This document shows, one piece after another, positions 15,697 through 16,430 of a DNA stretch of 16,430 nt. The DNA is taken from assembly GCA_039090665.1 (NCBI GenBank), contig JAWCSL010000012.1, forward strand, positions 1-16,430. The letters run 5' to 3'. This DNA is from Candidatus Aenigmatarchaeota archaeon. GTDB taxonomy: Archaea; Aenigmatarchaeota; Aenigmatarchaeia; CG10238-14; SCSR01. The notes beneath the pieces were generated by a model, which did no database searches, was not told the origin of the DNA, and saw only the letters and a program-made list of their open reading frames with translations. The first letter of the stretch is position 1. Each line of letters begins with the position of its first letter. The position numbers were made by a program, and so were the translations under genes.

Positions 15697-16430
15697 TTCT
15701 TTTCTCTCTTAATTAATTTTTCAATTTCTTTTTCCATATTGTTTAGCTTGAATGCCAAGTCTTGCATACCCTTAACTTCCTTACTTATCTCCAAGATTTT
15801 AATCTCTGCTGGGATTCTTTCTAAATCAATCTCGTAAGTAAAAGTATCTATCCCTTTAGCTTTAGCTTCTTTTATCATCTTCTTAATCTTTTCAACGGTT
15901 TCTTTCAAGTACTCAATCGAAATTTCTTTTTTGAAATTCTCTAGGAATTTTTCTCTCTCTTTCTCAGCCTCTTCAACAATTCTCTCTATCTCTTTTTCTT
16001 CTAGCAATTCTGGTTTGTATTCTGGTATTTTCATCCCTCTCTTCTCGAATTCTCCCTTAATTCTTGGCTCCAAACCTTCCAAGTAGATATCAACTATATC
16101 AAAAGCTCCTTCCATGAGTTTGGATTCACATAAGCTGATTTCTGTCTCCAAATCGAACACGTCAACTCCCTGATTCTTCAAGACATTGACCAAAAACTTA
16201 GTTTTTTCTAGACGTTTATCATATTCCACATATCGCTCTAATTCTTCATCGCTCAACCTAGAAACTTGATGCAGTATTGGCCTGAAAGTGATGAAGTATG
16301 GTCTTCCCCTGTTGTATTCACTGAAGACCAACATTCCCGTGCCAACTGCAGCTTTGGTGATGCTCACTTCAATCTCTTTCCCATACTTACGAGAAATTCT
16401 GTCCAAATCATCGTCATATCTTGTTCTCAT
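15693..16430 (-). CDS. C-terminal part of a larger protein, probably a HerA/FtsK-like (DUF87-type) ATPase with a helical tail
   Basis: The ORF is open to the window edge. The segment MRTRYDDDLDRI...GTGMLV...YNRGRPYFITFRP resembles the end of HerA-family ATPase domains. The Walker motifs would lie outside the window, so the call is tentative. Confidence 0.5.
   Translation of the reverse strand: MRTRYDDDLDRISRKYGKEIEVSITKAAVGTGMLVFSEYNRGRPYFITFRPILHQVSRLSDEELERYVEYDKRLEKTKFLVNVLKNQGVDVFDLETEISLCESKLMEGAFDIVDIYLEGLEPRIKGEFEKRGMKIPEYKPELLEEKEIERIVEEAEKEREKFLENFKKEISIEYLKETVEKIKKMIKEAKAKGIDTFTYEIDLERIPAEIKILEISKEVKGMQDLAFKLNNMEKEIEKLIKREKK

Noticed and set aside
1..16430. CRISPR array, transposase, integrase or rRNA
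   Set aside because: No regularly spaced repeats, no such ORFs, and no long non-coding GC-rich stretch were seen.

Overview
This is an AT-rich archaeal genome window, and its gene content points to a hyperthermophile. A DPANN-type lineage (e.g. Aenigmarchaeota) is my inference from protein style and is not provable here. In order it holds: the 5' end of rpl18e; a cyclophilin-like gene; an orphan ORF; a speD-bpsA branched-polyamine operon divergent from reverse gyrase; a tRNA-Gly(CCC) interrupted in the T-loop (59/60) by a 109-nt intron with a perfect bulge-helix-bulge (BHB); an operon of a Cys-bearing HTH regulator, a small ORF, iscS and iscU with a palindromic operator candidate; a MacB/LolD-type ABC exporter with a COG1361-like surface protein; a tRNA-Ser(CGA) with an 11-nt intron; and a minus-strand run of a probable HerA/FtsK-like ATPase tail, SAM methyltransferase, coiled-coil protein, GIY-YIG/DUF123 nuclease and membrane protein. 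The most notable items are the two unusual tRNA introns, a candidate RNA switch in the speD leader, and a candidate non-IscR regulator of iscSU. All family calls come from motif recognition, not database searches.
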